Shown: positions 9,506 through 18,880, counted from the first letter of the stretch. The stretch is DNA of 64,000 bases from Chthoniobacterales bacterium (GCA_018402585.1 JAGYIO010000002.1:224406-288405), one strand, 5' to 3'. Translations and numbers: made by a program. Notes: generated by a model from the sequence alone, not told the origin.

Positions 9506-10867
9506 ATGCTTCCCGACCTGCACACCGCAATTCCCGGCCCGCGGTCGCGCGAATTGGCCGCGCGCCTGCGCCGGGTCGAGTCGCGTAATGTCACGCTGCT
9601 CGGCGAGCGGTGGCCTGTTTTTTGGGAGCGGGCCGAGGGGGTCAATGTCTGGGATGCGGACGGCAACCGTTTCCTCGATTTTACTTCCGGCTTTGGTGTG
9701 ACGGGGCTGGGTCATTCTTGGCCGCCGGTGCGAGAGGCGCTTCGCCTCCAGTCGTCCAAACTCTTGCATGCCATGGGCGATGTGCATCCGGCGGAATCAA
9801 AAGTGGAACTGTGCGAAATGTTGAGTGAACTCACTTTCGAGCGGTGGGGTGCGGGTCGGGGTAAAGTCGTCCTCGGCAGTTCGGGATCCGAGGCAATCGA
9901 GGCTGCGTTGAAGACGGCAGTGCTCCACACGGGCAAACCGGGCGTCCTGGTCTTCGCGGGGGCTTATCATGGCCTCGGCTACGGCGCGCTCGAAGTATCG
10001 GCGCTGGAGTTTTTCCGCACGCCGTTCGCCCGGCAACTCGGGGGCTTTGCGCTGAGCGTGCCATATCCGTATTGTTTCCGGTGTCCACTCGGGCACCGCG
10101 CTGCGCCTGCCCTCGAAGGCGGGGAGTTTCCCCAGTGCAGCAGCGGTTGTCTCGAAGAACTGCAACGACGCATCAGCATGGAATTGGGCAGGCGCGAGAT
10201 CGGGGCCATTCTGGTCGAGCCGATTCAAGGGCGGGGCGGGGACATCGTACCGCCGCGTGCCTTTCTGCAGCTCCTCCGGCGGATTTGTGACCAGGAAAAA
10301 ATCCTCCTCGTGGCCGACGAGATTTATACCGGGTTAAACCGCACCGGACGGCTCTTCGGGTGTGACCATTCCGAAGTTGTGCCCGATCTCATTTGTCTGG
10401 GTAAAGCGCTGACCTCCGGATTTCCCCTCTCGGCCTGTGTGGGGCGCGCCACGGTGATGGACGCCTGGCCGGAGTCGGCTGGCGAGGCCCTGCACACCAG
10501 CACGTTTCTCGGCAATCCCCTGGGCTGTGCCATGGCCTTGGCCGCGTTGCGCGAGCACGCCCGACCGGAGACGGCGGCCAAGGTGCAGGCGGCCGGCCGG
10601 CATTTGCGGGCGGTACTGCAGAAAATTTCGTCGCCGCGGATCGGCAATTTGCGGGGCGCGGGTTTGTTGGTCGGGATCGAGATTATTCAGGCCGATGGGT
10701 CGCCCGATCATACCCTGGCAGCGCACTGCGTCGTGGAGGCTTTGCAGGAGGGAATCATGCTCCTCGCCGGGGGCCAACACGGAAACGTACTTTCCCTCGC
10801 GCCGCCTTTCGACCTGGCGGCGGAGGAGGCGGACTTTCTCGCCGCCAAGCTGGTCGGTATGCTTTGA
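9506..10867 (+). CDS. Class-III PLP-dependent aminotransferase (GabT/ArgD-like)
   Basis: 453 aa. N-terminus GPRSRELAARL...DADGNRFLDFTSGFGVTGLGH; PLP-Lys region DLICLGKALTSGFP; acidic residue LVADEIYTG. Substrate cannot be assigned from sequence alone. Confidence 0.85.
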   Translation: MLPDLHTAIPGPRSRELAARLRRVESRNVTLLGERWPVFWERAEGVNVWDADGNRFLDFTSGFGVTGLGHSWPPVREALRLQSSKLLHAMGDVHPAESKVELCEMLSELTFERWGAGRGKVVLGSSGSEAIEAALKTAVLHTGKPGVLVFAGAYHGLGYGALEVSALEFFRTPFARQLGGFALSVPYPYCFRCPLGHRAAPALEGGEFPQCSSGCLEELQRRISMELGRREIGAILVEPIQGRGGDIVPPRAFLQLLRRICDQEKILLVADEIYTGLNRTGRLFGCDHSEVVPDLICLGKALTSGFPLSACVGRATVMDAWPESAGEALHTSTFLGNPLGCAMALAALREHARPETAAKVQAAGRHLRAVLQKISSPRIGNLRGAGLLVGIEIIQADGSPDHTLAAHCVVEALQEGIMLLAGGQHGNVLSLAPPFDLAAEEADFLAAKLVGML

Positions 10868-11012
10868 CCTGAACTTCGAGCTGGGCATCAAGTTATTTCC
10901 TCAGGTGGGTGAGGGGAATATCCTCTTAAAGACGGTTGCGCCGGCCCCACCGCGGGCCAGGAGATCATGGCCCGGCAGAAAGGAACCATGGAGACGGAGA
11001 GCTCAGCCCGCG

Positions 11013-11390
11013 CTAATTCCGCCAATCCAGAGCGCCTTTTTTGAGGGCGTAAATGTAGCCGACGGTCAGAACGGAGACAAAACCGGCCATGCTCCAAAAG
11101 ATGATGCTGCCATCTTGAGCCAGAAAGTCGCGGTATACCACGGCCCAGGGATACATGAAGACAATCTCGATATCGAAGAGGATGAAGAGCATGGCCACGA
11201 GATAGAACTTCACGCTGAAGCGCGGAGCGGCGGCTTCCCGGACCGGCATGCCGCACTCGTAGGCCATGTCTTTGGCCGGCGTCCTTTGCCCGGCCCGTCC
11301 GAGAACCAGGCTGGCCGCAAAGATGGAGACGGCCAGACCGATGGCCACCGCGAGGTGGATGGCCAGGGGCAGATATTGCTCAGTGAGCAT
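11013..11390 (-). CDS. nuoA: NADH-quinone oxidoreductase subunit A
   Basis: 125 aa with three TM helices. Conserved YECG, FSVKFYLVAMLFILFDIE and GALDW motifs are typical of NuoA/ND3. Confidence 0.9.
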   Translation of the reverse strand: MLTEQYLPLAIHLAVAIGLAVSIFAASLVLGRAGQRTPAKDMAYECGMPVREAAAPRFSVKFYLVAMLFILFDIEIVFMYPWAVVYRDFLAQDGSIIFWSMAGFVSVLTVGYIYALKKGALDWRN

Positions 11391-11402
11391 GCGGGCGGAA
11401 CG

Positions 11403-11702
11403 TCAGCGAACCGGCGCTTCGACCGTCTCCAGGGCGTTGGCCAAAGAGGCAAGCCCGCGATACTTCTTGCCGGTCTTTTTGACCATGCCACGGGAAACCA
11501 AGTTCTGCAATTTCTCGTAGGCGCGGAGGCGGAGCATTTCTTCGCCGCCGCTGGCCGCATTGCGCTTGCGTAATTTCTCGTGGACCAAATCGAAGAGTTG
11601 CTTGAACTCAAAAGAGGTTTTCTTGGAAAGTACACCGACCAATTCTTCGGTGACCAAGTCCGGCAGTCGGCGGGAAAAGGCGCTTTTTCTCTGGATCGGC
11701 AT
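11403..11702 (-). CDS. Small Lys/Glu-rich hypothetical protein
   Basis: 99 aa. Its balanced K/E/L composition is unlike the Arg/Ala/Pro-rich shadow ORFs of this GC-rich DNA. It ends 12 nt upstream of nuoA on the same strand. Confidence 0.55.
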   Translation of the reverse strand: MPIQRKSAFSRRLPDLVTEELVGVLSKKTSFEFKQLFDLVHEKLRKRNAASGGEEMLRLRAYEKLQNLVSRGMVKKTGKKYRGLASLANALETVEAPVR

Positions 11703-11794
11703 AATTGGACACTATAGGGCAGGATCCTTCGCTTGGCCAGCAGAAAATGGCCGGGGCCGGGTTGAGGTGATTACGTAATCTTGAATATACCGGG

Positions 11795-12322
11795 TCAAGG
11801 GGTCGCCAGTTCGCGGACCAATTCTTTGACCGCCAAGGCGATGTGTTCGGTGCCGCTGCCGGCAGGCTGGCTGGGGCCTTTGTGGCCACCCCCCAAGAGG
11901 CGCACCAGGGCCCGGGGGCGCGCCGGGACATCGTAGACATTCCAGAAGCGGACGCGTCCCGCTTTGTGCAAGGCCTTGGCCAGCGAGAGGAATTTCTGTT
12001 CGATCATCGGTTGGTGTTCCTCCCGGCACATCGCGATGATGAGTGCGGAGTCGGTCAAGTCCTGCACATCGATGGAAATCGGGTCGCGCGGTTCTGCCGC
12101 CAGGTGGGCCAACTCGGCTGCCTTGAGGTAGGCCGTGGTATGCCCCGACAGGCCTTTCAGTTCGCGCGCCTTGAGTAGACCGCGGGAGCCGGCTTCCCAA
12201 GCCAGACTGCCGGCTGCTGCTTCATGGTTAAAAAGTATCTCGGCCAGTCGGCTGCGGTAGTAATTGCCGCTGCAGATGAAGAGCACACGTTTTTTCGGGG
12301 TCACTGGGGATGGATTGCTCAC
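11795..12322 (-). CDS. Low-molecular-weight protein-tyrosine/arsenate-type phosphatase
   Basis: P-loop VLFICSGNYYRS (CX5R-S). The GTG 12322 start is chosen because it is preceded by AAGGA. The annotated longer ORF (to 12460) would overlap trmL. Confidence 0.75.
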   Translation of the reverse strand: MSNPSPVTPKKRVLFICSGNYYRSRLAEILFNHEAAAGSLAWEAGSRGLLKARELKGLSGHTTAYLKAAELAHLAAEPRDPISIDVQDLTDSALIIAMCREEHQPMIEQKFLSLAKALHKAGRVRFWNVYDVPARPRALVRLLGGGHKGPSQPAGSGTEHIALAVKELVRELATP

Positions 12323-12413
12323 TTGTCGTCCTTTCGGCCGGTCCGCATCTGCCGGGGTGTTTTCTCTCGAGACCGAGCATCGTTCTTGACGCAGATTTGG
12401 GCGTTGGCGAATT

Positions 12414-12866
12414 TCACGAGGGCTGAATTTGCCTGCGCGCCTCGTAAAGCACAATCCCAACCGAAGTGGCCAAGTTCAAGCTCCGCGCCGCGGGCTCCAT
12501 GGGGATGGTCCAGAGGTGCTCTCGTTCTTTCGCGAGGAGGCTCTCCGGCAGCCCGCGGGTCTCCCGACCGAAGACCAGATAGTCACCGGGGACGAAGCGC
12601 GCCTCCCAATACGGCCGCGTCACCTTCGAGGTGAGGTAAAAAAACCGGGCCTTTCTCGCCGCGGGGCGCAGGGCATCGAGTGACGGCCAACGGTGCACGT
12701 CACACTTTGCCCAATAATCCAGCCCCGCCCGCCGCAGGGCCGCGCCCTCAAGATTGAAACCGAGCGGCTCGATCAAGTGGAGTCGTGCTCCGGCTGCGAG
12801 GCAAGTCCGGGCAATATTACCCGTATTCTGCGGGATTTCAGGCTCGACCAGGACGACGTTGAGCAT
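12414..12866 (-). CDS. trmL: tRNA (cytidine/uridine-2'-O)-methyltransferase TrmL (SpoU/TrmH family)
   Basis: 150 aa. Motifs: MLNVVLVEPEIPQNTGNIARTC, YLVFGRETRGLP and SLNLATSVGIVLYE, the three SPOUT knot motifs. Confidence 0.85.
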   Translation of the reverse strand: MLNVVLVEPEIPQNTGNIARTCLAAGARLHLIEPLGFNLEGAALRRAGLDYWAKCDVHRWPSLDALRPAARKARFFYLTSKVTRPYWEARFVPGDYLVFGRETRGLPESLLAKEREHLWTIPMEPAARSLNLATSVGIVLYEARRQIQPS

Positions 12867-12872
12867 GCGCGG

Positions 12873-14303
12873 TCAGAGCCCGCGTTCGTTGATGACCAGC
12901 GATTTGAGTTCGGTCATGTCCTCCATGGCGTAACGCACCCCCTCGCGACCGAACCCGCTGTCTTTGACCCCGCCGTAGGGCATGTTCTCGGTGCGGAAGG
13001 TGGGCACCTGGTTGATCAAGACGCCACCGACCTCAAGCACATCGTAGGCCTCGTAAATTTTCGCCAGACTAGTGGTGAAGACGCCCGCCTGCAGGCCGAA
13101 CTTCGAATCGTTCACCGCAGCCAAGCCGTCGGCGAAGTTTCGGTAAGATTCCAACACCACGACCGGGGCAAACGCCTCCTCGCAGGCGATTGCCGCATCG
13201 CGCGGCACGTTTTCCAGAACGACGGGATGCAGGATCTGGCCGTCGATTTTGAGCGGGGTAAGCAAGCGGGCTCCGCCTTTCTCGGCGTCCCGGACCCGGG
13301 CAACAACATGGTCCAGCGCCGCTTGGGTAATCATCGGGCCGACCAGGGTATGCGCCGCGCGCGGGTCCCCGACCACCGCCTTCTCGTGCACCTCAGCGAG
13401 GAACGTCTCCTTGAATTCCGCGAAGATCGCTTCTTGCACAAAGATTCGTTGCACGCTGATGCACGACTGCCCCGCGTAGGCGAAAGCGCCGACCGCCATC
13501 TTTGCCGCGTGGTGGCGCCAATCGGAATCGGCCTCGACCAGGCAGGCGGCATTGCCGCCGAGTTCGAGGGTGATCTTTTGCTTCACCGCTTCCGATTTGA
13601 GTTTCCACCCGACTTCGACGCCCCCGGTGAAAGAAAGCATCTTCACCCGGGGATCGCGGAGCAGGGCGCCGACGTGTTCATGATCGAAGGGCAGGAATGA
13701 GATCTGTCCGGCCGGTGCGCCACAGGCCGCGAGGACCTCGCCGAGGAGCAAAGCACAAAGCGGTGTCTTCATGGCCGGCTTGAGAATCATGGTATTCCCC
13801 GTGGCGAGGCAGGGGGCAACCTTGTGGGCCACGAGATTGAGCGGGAAATTGAACGGGGTGATGCCGAGAATGACGCCGAGCGGGAAACGGCGCGCCAACC
13901 CGGAGTGTCCCGCGCCGGCGGGTGTCGCACCCATTTCGATCGGATGCCCGTTCGGTTCCAGGGTGCCCGCCGCCGCCAACTCGAAAGTCGACTGCGCCCG
14001 CTGCACTTCGATCCTGGCCAGCGCCACGGGTTTGCCCGCTTCGGCGATGAGCAACTCGACAAATTCCTCGGCCCGCTGGCCGATGGTCTCCGCTATCCGG
14101 CGGAGCAAACGCGAGCGTTCGACCGGCGCAGTGTGCCGCGTTTCTGCAAAGCTGCGTGCGGCCAAGTCGAGCGCTGCTTGGAGGTCAGCGGCCCCGGCCA
14201 GGCAAATTTCGGCGACCAACGCGCCGTTATAGGGATCGCGGATCTCCGCCGTTTCCGCCGTGCTGATCGAGCGGCTGCCGAGGAGAAAGGGGTGGGGTTT
14301 CAT
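12873..14303 (-). CDS. NAD(P)-dependent aldehyde dehydrogenase
   Basis: 476 aa. ALDH motifs are present: ITPFNFPL, catalytic Glu region ITLELGGNA, catalytic Cys AYAGQSCIS, and PYGGVKDSGFGRE. Confidence 0.9.
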   Translation of the reverse strand: MKPHPFLLGSRSISTAETAEIRDPYNGALVAEICLAGAADLQAALDLAARSFAETRHTAPVERSRLLRRIAETIGQRAEEFVELLIAEAGKPVALARIEVQRAQSTFELAAAGTLEPNGHPIEMGATPAGAGHSGLARRFPLGVILGITPFNFPLNLVAHKVAPCLATGNTMILKPAMKTPLCALLLGEVLAACGAPAGQISFLPFDHEHVGALLRDPRVKMLSFTGGVEVGWKLKSEAVKQKITLELGGNAACLVEADSDWRHHAAKMAVGAFAYAGQSCISVQRIFVQEAIFAEFKETFLAEVHEKAVVGDPRAAHTLVGPMITQAALDHVVARVRDAEKGGARLLTPLKIDGQILHPVVLENVPRDAAIACEEAFAPVVVLESYRNFADGLAAVNDSKFGLQAGVFTTSLAKIYEAYDVLEVGGVLINQVPTFRTENMPYGGVKDSGFGREGVRYAMEDMTELKSLVINERGL

Positions 14304-15526
14304 ATCCGCTCGGTCTCGCGTTTTTCGACAAAAATGGGGAGACCTTCGTGGCTGAAGTGGGTCATCAATTCATCCGGTTGCAGCGCTTCCGGCATCATCA
14401 CCCCGCGCTCCTTGATCTTGCCCTCGATGAGCAGGCGTGCGGTCAAAGCGGGCGGTATGCCGGTCTGCACAAGGGTGAGCGAGTAGCCGTATTTCTCGTA
14501 GCAGTCACGGTGGTTATCCATCGTGTAGATGAAATATTCGACCCGTCGCCGACCGAGGGTTCCCCGCACTTCGGTGCCGACGCACGAATAGCCGTCGACG
14601 GTTGCGCCCAACTGGGCCGGTTTGGGCAAGGCGTGGGTGGCCACCCGCACAGGGGAGACCTCTACTCCGTCGACTTTCACTTTTTTCCAGGTGTCCAGAT
14701 CGAGCAAGGCCAGGGATTTCGAGAGGTGGACAACTTTGTCGCTCACGCTGTATTTGAAGACCGAGTAACGAACGCCTTTTTGCACAAACGGCGGGTAAAT
14801 CCCCAGGCTGACCCCTTCCTCGTGCGCCACCGCGTAGGTCGGCTGCAGGCCGATCGGCTCGGGGAACCGGATCCACTCGAATTCCGATTCGAGGGGTTTG
14901 CCGGCCGTCACTTTGCCGTTTTTGACGAAGTATGGAACCGCACCAAGTTCTTCGAAAAAGGTCTCTGGAGAAAAAAGCACGGCAAAGCGGTAGCCTTTGA
15001 CTTCCGCGTTGTCCGCGTCGAGCACGCGGATGCTTGTGGCCGTGTCGAGGCGGTCCATGGCCCAGCGCGCGAAGATGTTCACCGCGCCAGGATCCATGCC
15101 CATGCAAAGGATACCCGCGAGGTTATTTTCCTCGAAGATTTCGTGGAAGGCCTCGATCTCCGTGTCGAAAGAGTTCTTCGACCTGCGGCGCGCCCCGGGA
15201 GGCGCGTAAATGTCGGCCGCCATGTCGAGGTAATGCGAACCGGCCTCCGCGCAGGCGGTGAGAAGCGCGTGGTTGGTCGCGCAGACCGCCGCATTGCAGG
15301 TCACCTTGACCTTGTGCTCTTTCATCAGCGCGGTCGTGCCTTTCACATCCATGGCGTCGGCTTTGACCACGACAAAGCGGTTGTTCGGAAGGCGCTTGGC
15401 CAGTTGCTCGGCAAAGACCGTATCGCGGTCGGCGCAAATGATGCGGTCGACGCAATCGTATTCGTGCAGCTTCTGGGCGATGACGGATCCCACCCCGCCC
15501 ATTCCGATCACCATTGCGTTGGCCAT
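14300..15526 (-). CDS. Saccharopine dehydrogenase family oxidoreductase
   Basis: 408 aa. N-terminal Rossmann motif VIGMGGVGSVIA; Sacchrp_dh-type middle and C-terminal domains (LCMGMDPGAVN, VQTGIPPA). Its stop overlaps the ALDH start (ATGA). Confidence 0.8.
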   Translation of the reverse strand: MANAMVIGMGGVGSVIAQKLHEYDCVDRIICADRDTVFAEQLAKRLPNNRFVVVKADAMDVKGTTALMKEHKVKVTCNAAVCATNHALLTACAEAGSHYLDMAADIYAPPGARRRSKNSFDTEIEAFHEIFEENNLAGILCMGMDPGAVNIFARWAMDRLDTATSIRVLDADNAEVKGYRFAVLFSPETFFEELGAVPYFVKNGKVTAGKPLESEFEWIRFPEPIGLQPTYAVAHEEGVSLGIYPPFVQKGVRYSVFKYSVSDKVVHLSKSLALLDLDTWKKVKVDGVEVSPVRVATHALPKPAQLGATVDGYSCVGTEVRGTLGRRRVEYFIYTMDNHRDCYEKYGYSLTLVQTGIPPALTARLLIEGKIKERGVMMPEALQPDELMTHFSHEGLPIFVEKRETERI

Positions 15527-15624
15527 GATATGTCTTGCCGCAGCGTTTGGTTTTCCGCGCCGCCGGCTAACTCCAACTTAGCTGCCGCAGGCCGCGCGGC
15601 AAGGTGAATTGCCCCGCAAGTCGC

Positions 15625-16374
15625 TTATTTGCTTGCTTCGCGGGTGTTTAGGGCGCCCAAGACGGCAATGCCTCGCAGGGTCCAAAGTGGCTCAACCACG
15701 ACTTTTTCGCCCACCAGCTTGGCCACTGTACCGGCATCTCCGCCGGTGAAAATAACCTGCCTCCCGTCTGCCCCAAGTTGTTCCAGCAAATGCGCGACCA
15801 ATCCGGCATAACCCCCGCAGAGGCCGGAGCGGAGTGCGTCCCGCGTGTTTTTTCCCATCATGGTGCGCGGTGGTTTGCTTTCGATCACCGGCAACAGTGC
15901 GGTCCCCTGGGACAACGCCGTCGCCAAGGTGCGCAAACCGGGAGCGATCGCTCCGCCCGCGAATCGTCCGCCTTCGTCGAGCAGATCAAAAGTCGCCGCC
16001 GTACCGAAATCCGCGACAAGCACGTTTTTTCCAAACCGCTGCGCCGCCTGAGCCATGTTGGCCAGGCGGTCGGCTCCGACCGTTCGTCGATCGACATCCG
16101 TCCGGAAGTTGAGCGCCGACGACTTTTCGAGCAACGAAACAGATGGACAGCCCGCCCGGAGGATGATTGCCGCGCTGGGTACGACGCACGAGGCAACCGC
16201 GCTCCGGGTGCGAATTTGACGGAAGATGGTGCGCACGCGGGTCACCGTGAGTTTAGGTGTCTCAACGGAGGCCACGATCCGCGGCTTGGCCCCGGCCCGG
16301 TCCACCGTGGCAAATTTCACCGCGGAGTTGCCGGCATCGATGACCAGCAGCGGGTAGCAGGATACGGGTGGCAC
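15625..16374 (-). CDS. coaX: Type III pantothenate kinase
   Basis: 249 aa. Motifs: LLVIDAGNSAVKF, RTVGADRLAN, LVADFGTATTFD-like (VADFGTAATFD), GGAIAPG and IFTGGDA. Confidence 0.9.
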   Translation of the reverse strand: MPPVSCYPLLVIDAGNSAVKFATVDRAGAKPRIVASVETPKLTVTRVRTIFRQIRTRSAVASCVVPSAAIILRAGCPSVSLLEKSSALNFRTDVDRRTVGADRLANMAQAAQRFGKNVLVADFGTAATFDLLDEGGRFAGGAIAPGLRTLATALSQGTALLPVIESKPPRTMMGKNTRDALRSGLCGGYAGLVAHLLEQLGADGRQVIFTGGDAGTVAKLVGEKVVVEPLWTLRGIAVLGALNTREASK

Positions 16375-16383
16375 GGCCTTCTT

Positions 16384-17073
16384 TTATCCTGCGGGCTGCG
16401 GCTGGAACACCGCTTTCTTGGACCAACCGTTCGGGACGGTGGTCGAGGAACAACGGTGGGTCTTTGACGTGAGGGGCGCGAGCGCGGGATGCCCGGCCAA
16501 GGCTCGTAGTGCCTGCCGCAGGAGGGTCTTGCCCGGCTCCATGCGGTGCCAAGTTGAAGCGCCGGAGGGATGCGGGAGGGCGATCAAATCGAATTTCATC
16601 CCGGCGCGCGCCAAAGGAAGGACACGGCCGACGACCTCGGCCAGCGTCTTCGCTTCGACAAATTGTCCGATGGCGAGTTTGCCGACCGGAATGACCAGCT
16701 TGGGCCGCAGGAGCGCGATTTCCCGTTCGAGCCACGGAGCGCAGTGGGCGATCTCGACCTCATCCGGCACTCGGTCACCGCTCCCCTTGGGATGCTTGCC
16801 CGGAAAGCAACGGCAGACTGCGGCCATATAAATCTTGGCGCGGAAAATATCCTCCCCGAAACCGCACGACTCTTCGAACCAGCGGAAAAGTGTTTTTCCG
16901 GCTGTCCAGGCAAAGGGCCGCCCGAGTTGCGGTTCGCGCACTCCCGGAGCCTGGCCGACCAGGAGGATCTCACTGGGCACGGCGGGACCGGAGACCGGGG
17001 CGGAGGCCATGCGCGGACATTTCCGGCAGGCGTGCAATTCCGCGAGGTGTGCGCGCAGGGCGTCGCGGCTCAT
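16384..17073 (-). CDS. Uracil-DNA glycosylase superfamily protein (family 4/5-like, Fe-S type)
   Basis: Start at ATG 17073 (MSRDALRAHL...). N-terminal CRKC cysteine pair, motif A LLVGQAPG, motif B LPHPSGAS. The longer ORF to 17238 has an Arg/Gly-rich, implausible N-terminus. Confidence 0.8.
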   Translation of the reverse strand: MSRDALRAHLAELHACRKCPRMASAPVSGPAVPSEILLVGQAPGVREPQLGRPFAWTAGKTLFRWFEESCGFGEDIFRAKIYMAAVCRCFPGKHPKGSGDRVPDEVEIAHCAPWLEREIALLRPKLVIPVGKLAIGQFVEAKTLAEVVGRVLPLARAGMKFDLIALPHPSGASTWHRMEPGKTLLRQALRALAGHPALAPLTSKTHRCSSTTVPNGWSKKAVFQPQPAG

Positions 17074-17462
17074 TTGCCTTCGAAGCCCGGCGCATTGGCT
17101 GCGATTGCCTTGGTCAGTCCAAGGGTGAAAGTTTCCCGGCCGTTTGCCGGAACCAAGCGGTAACCCAACCCGCTGCTCCAGGTTTCCTTTACCCGCACCG
17201 GCCGGGCGGTGAAAAATCTTCCTTTCGCTTTGTTCCACCCGAGCAGGTGGCTGAAATGAAGCAGGTCCAAAGTGCAGCGAGGGATGCCGATTTTGGCGGG
17301 TGTCAGAGCGTAGCTGCTCACCTGCGGGGCAAGGATAAGGTCAGGGGGGCGCAGAGGCCGCCGGCCGTGTCCCCGACCGAGCCTGCGACCATGGCGCTGC
17401 TCCGCGCGGCGCAAGGGCAGAATCTCAACCGGATCCGAAGTTGGTCGCCGTAGTGAAGTCAC
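17070..17462 (-). CDS. Hypothetical protein translationally coupled to the UDG-family gene
   Basis: Its stop overlaps the UDG ATG (ATGA at 17070-17073). The C-terminal ~80 aa (YALTPAKIGIPRCTLDLLHFSHLLGWNKAKGRFF...) look protein-like. The N-terminal 45 aa are Arg-rich, so the true start is uncertain. Confidence 0.35.
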   Translation of the reverse strand: MTSLRRPTSDPVEILPLRRAEQRHGRRLGRGHGRRPLRPPDLILAPQVSSYALTPAKIGIPRCTLDLLHFSHLLGWNKAKGRFFTARPVRVKETWSSGLGYRLVPANGRETFTLGLTKAIAANAPGFEGK

Positions 17463-17502
17463 GCTGTCCTTTGGCTAGTCTCCAGGGAGCCCGGAGTAAA
17501 GT

Positions 17503-18648
17503 TCAGTTGCCTTCCTCCGTCGGCAACTGCCGCAGAATGCGCAGTGCCTCGTCGCGACCCGCGGCATTGCCCCCTTCCTTCTCCATCACCGCGAGATTCC
17601 GCGCGGAACGTGGGGTGGCGCGGAGCAGAACCGAGCGGCGCATGAAGATGACCGCCTCGGCACGGTCGGGCCGCAGTGCGATGACTCCGTGCCCGCGTTC
17701 CACGGCTTCCGCGGTGCGTCCTCGATCGTCGAGGGCCGAGGCGCAATGGTGCATCGCTTTCCAGCTCCGCGGGTTCACCTCCAGCGTGTCGGCAAAAGTG
17801 TCACATCCCCCGAGTAGAGCAGCGGCCGTGGTGCTGTGCAGGTAAGAAGTGACACGAGAATGAGGGCGCCGAACAGGGACAAAGCCACAGCCGGTCCGAG
17901 CAAAGTAAAGTAGTTGGAGCGGTCGGCCACCGTGCTCACGACTTGGAAGTTGCATGGCACCCATCCGAGGGTCGGCAGCAACGCGGCCCCAAAAATGAAG
18001 CACGGCACCAAGCAAATGCGCATCTGCTTTGCGGCCGTGAGGAGCACAGCAAGGGCGACTGGTCCGACCCAGGTCCAGCAGGGCCAACCCGCCGCCAGGG
18101 CGGCGTCGGGCGCGCGTCCGTAGTCAGCAGCCAAGCCCGGATGGCGACAAGGTTTTCCTCAGGTAAAAAGCGAGGGCATCGCCGGCCATGAGCGGGCGCA
18201 TCCAGACCGGCACGAGACCGAGGGTGAGCTCCGCCGACCCTTGCGCGCTGCTGATCAGGAGCACCCAGAGCGCGATGAGGACCTATTGCCTCGCTCGCTT
18301 TCCGAGACTGGCCAAAGGCGGAAAAATTCGCTCGTTTTGCCCGGACGGCTGCGCGCAAGACCCCATCTGGGTGAAAACACCACGTTTTCTTTCCTTTGTC
18401 ACGTGGTGGTTCGCCTCCACCCTTCCCACCGGCGGCGGCGACATCCGTTTGGTCGGTCTCAAACAGCAGAGCGAAAGCAGTTGGGCGGTGGTGGAGAACG
18501 TCTCCCCGCGCCGAACGGACTTGGTGCCGAACTTGGCAAAACGGTGGAAGGGGCGGTCAGCTGCGAAAAGGGAACGCAACCCCAAGTCATCGAAGCGCGT
18601 CAGCCGGTAAAGAAAAATGCAAGTGGAGCCGAAATCCCCACCGGCCAA
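17503..18648 (-). pseudogene. Eroded gene for a membrane (PMT-like)/TPR-repeat protein
   Basis: Minus-strand frame 0 reads ...FDD...RPTKRMS...HHV..., then hits an in-frame TAG (18283-18285). It continues as the good TM sequence VLIALWVLLISS...ALAFYLRKTLSPSGL. The reading frame then shifts near 18127-18145 to GLAADYGRAP...LLPTLGWVP...ADRSNYFTLLGPAVALSLFGALILV. It shifts back near 17810-17850 into a TPR-like tail (EVNPRSWKAMHHCASALDDRGRTAEAVE...). No single intact ORF exists. Confidence 0.5.
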
Positions 18649-18880
18649 TCCTGAAGCGAGGGCGGTATTTCAAGCAACGGAGGAGCAACTTTCCTCGCCG
18701 TTGTCGCGTTGGTTGGGCTCGGGGCAACCTTATCCGGACACCAAGGCGAAGGCGAATTTCCGCGATTTGCCGGTGCTACTTGAGGGGACGGAGCACCGCA
18801 TCACGGTGGAGCGGCACGATCCACCGGCGGGAGTTGGAGTCGATGGACGAAGCGGGTCGGCCGTTCCCCTGGCGGTGCGG

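Noticed and set aside
18682-18699. Minus-strand GGCGAGGAAAGUUGCUCC, reminiscent of the RNase P RNA GAGGAAAGUCC box
   Set aside because: The universally conserved GUCC is not present (GUUGC instead). The surrounding ~230 bp lack the other RNase P conserved regions and are too short.
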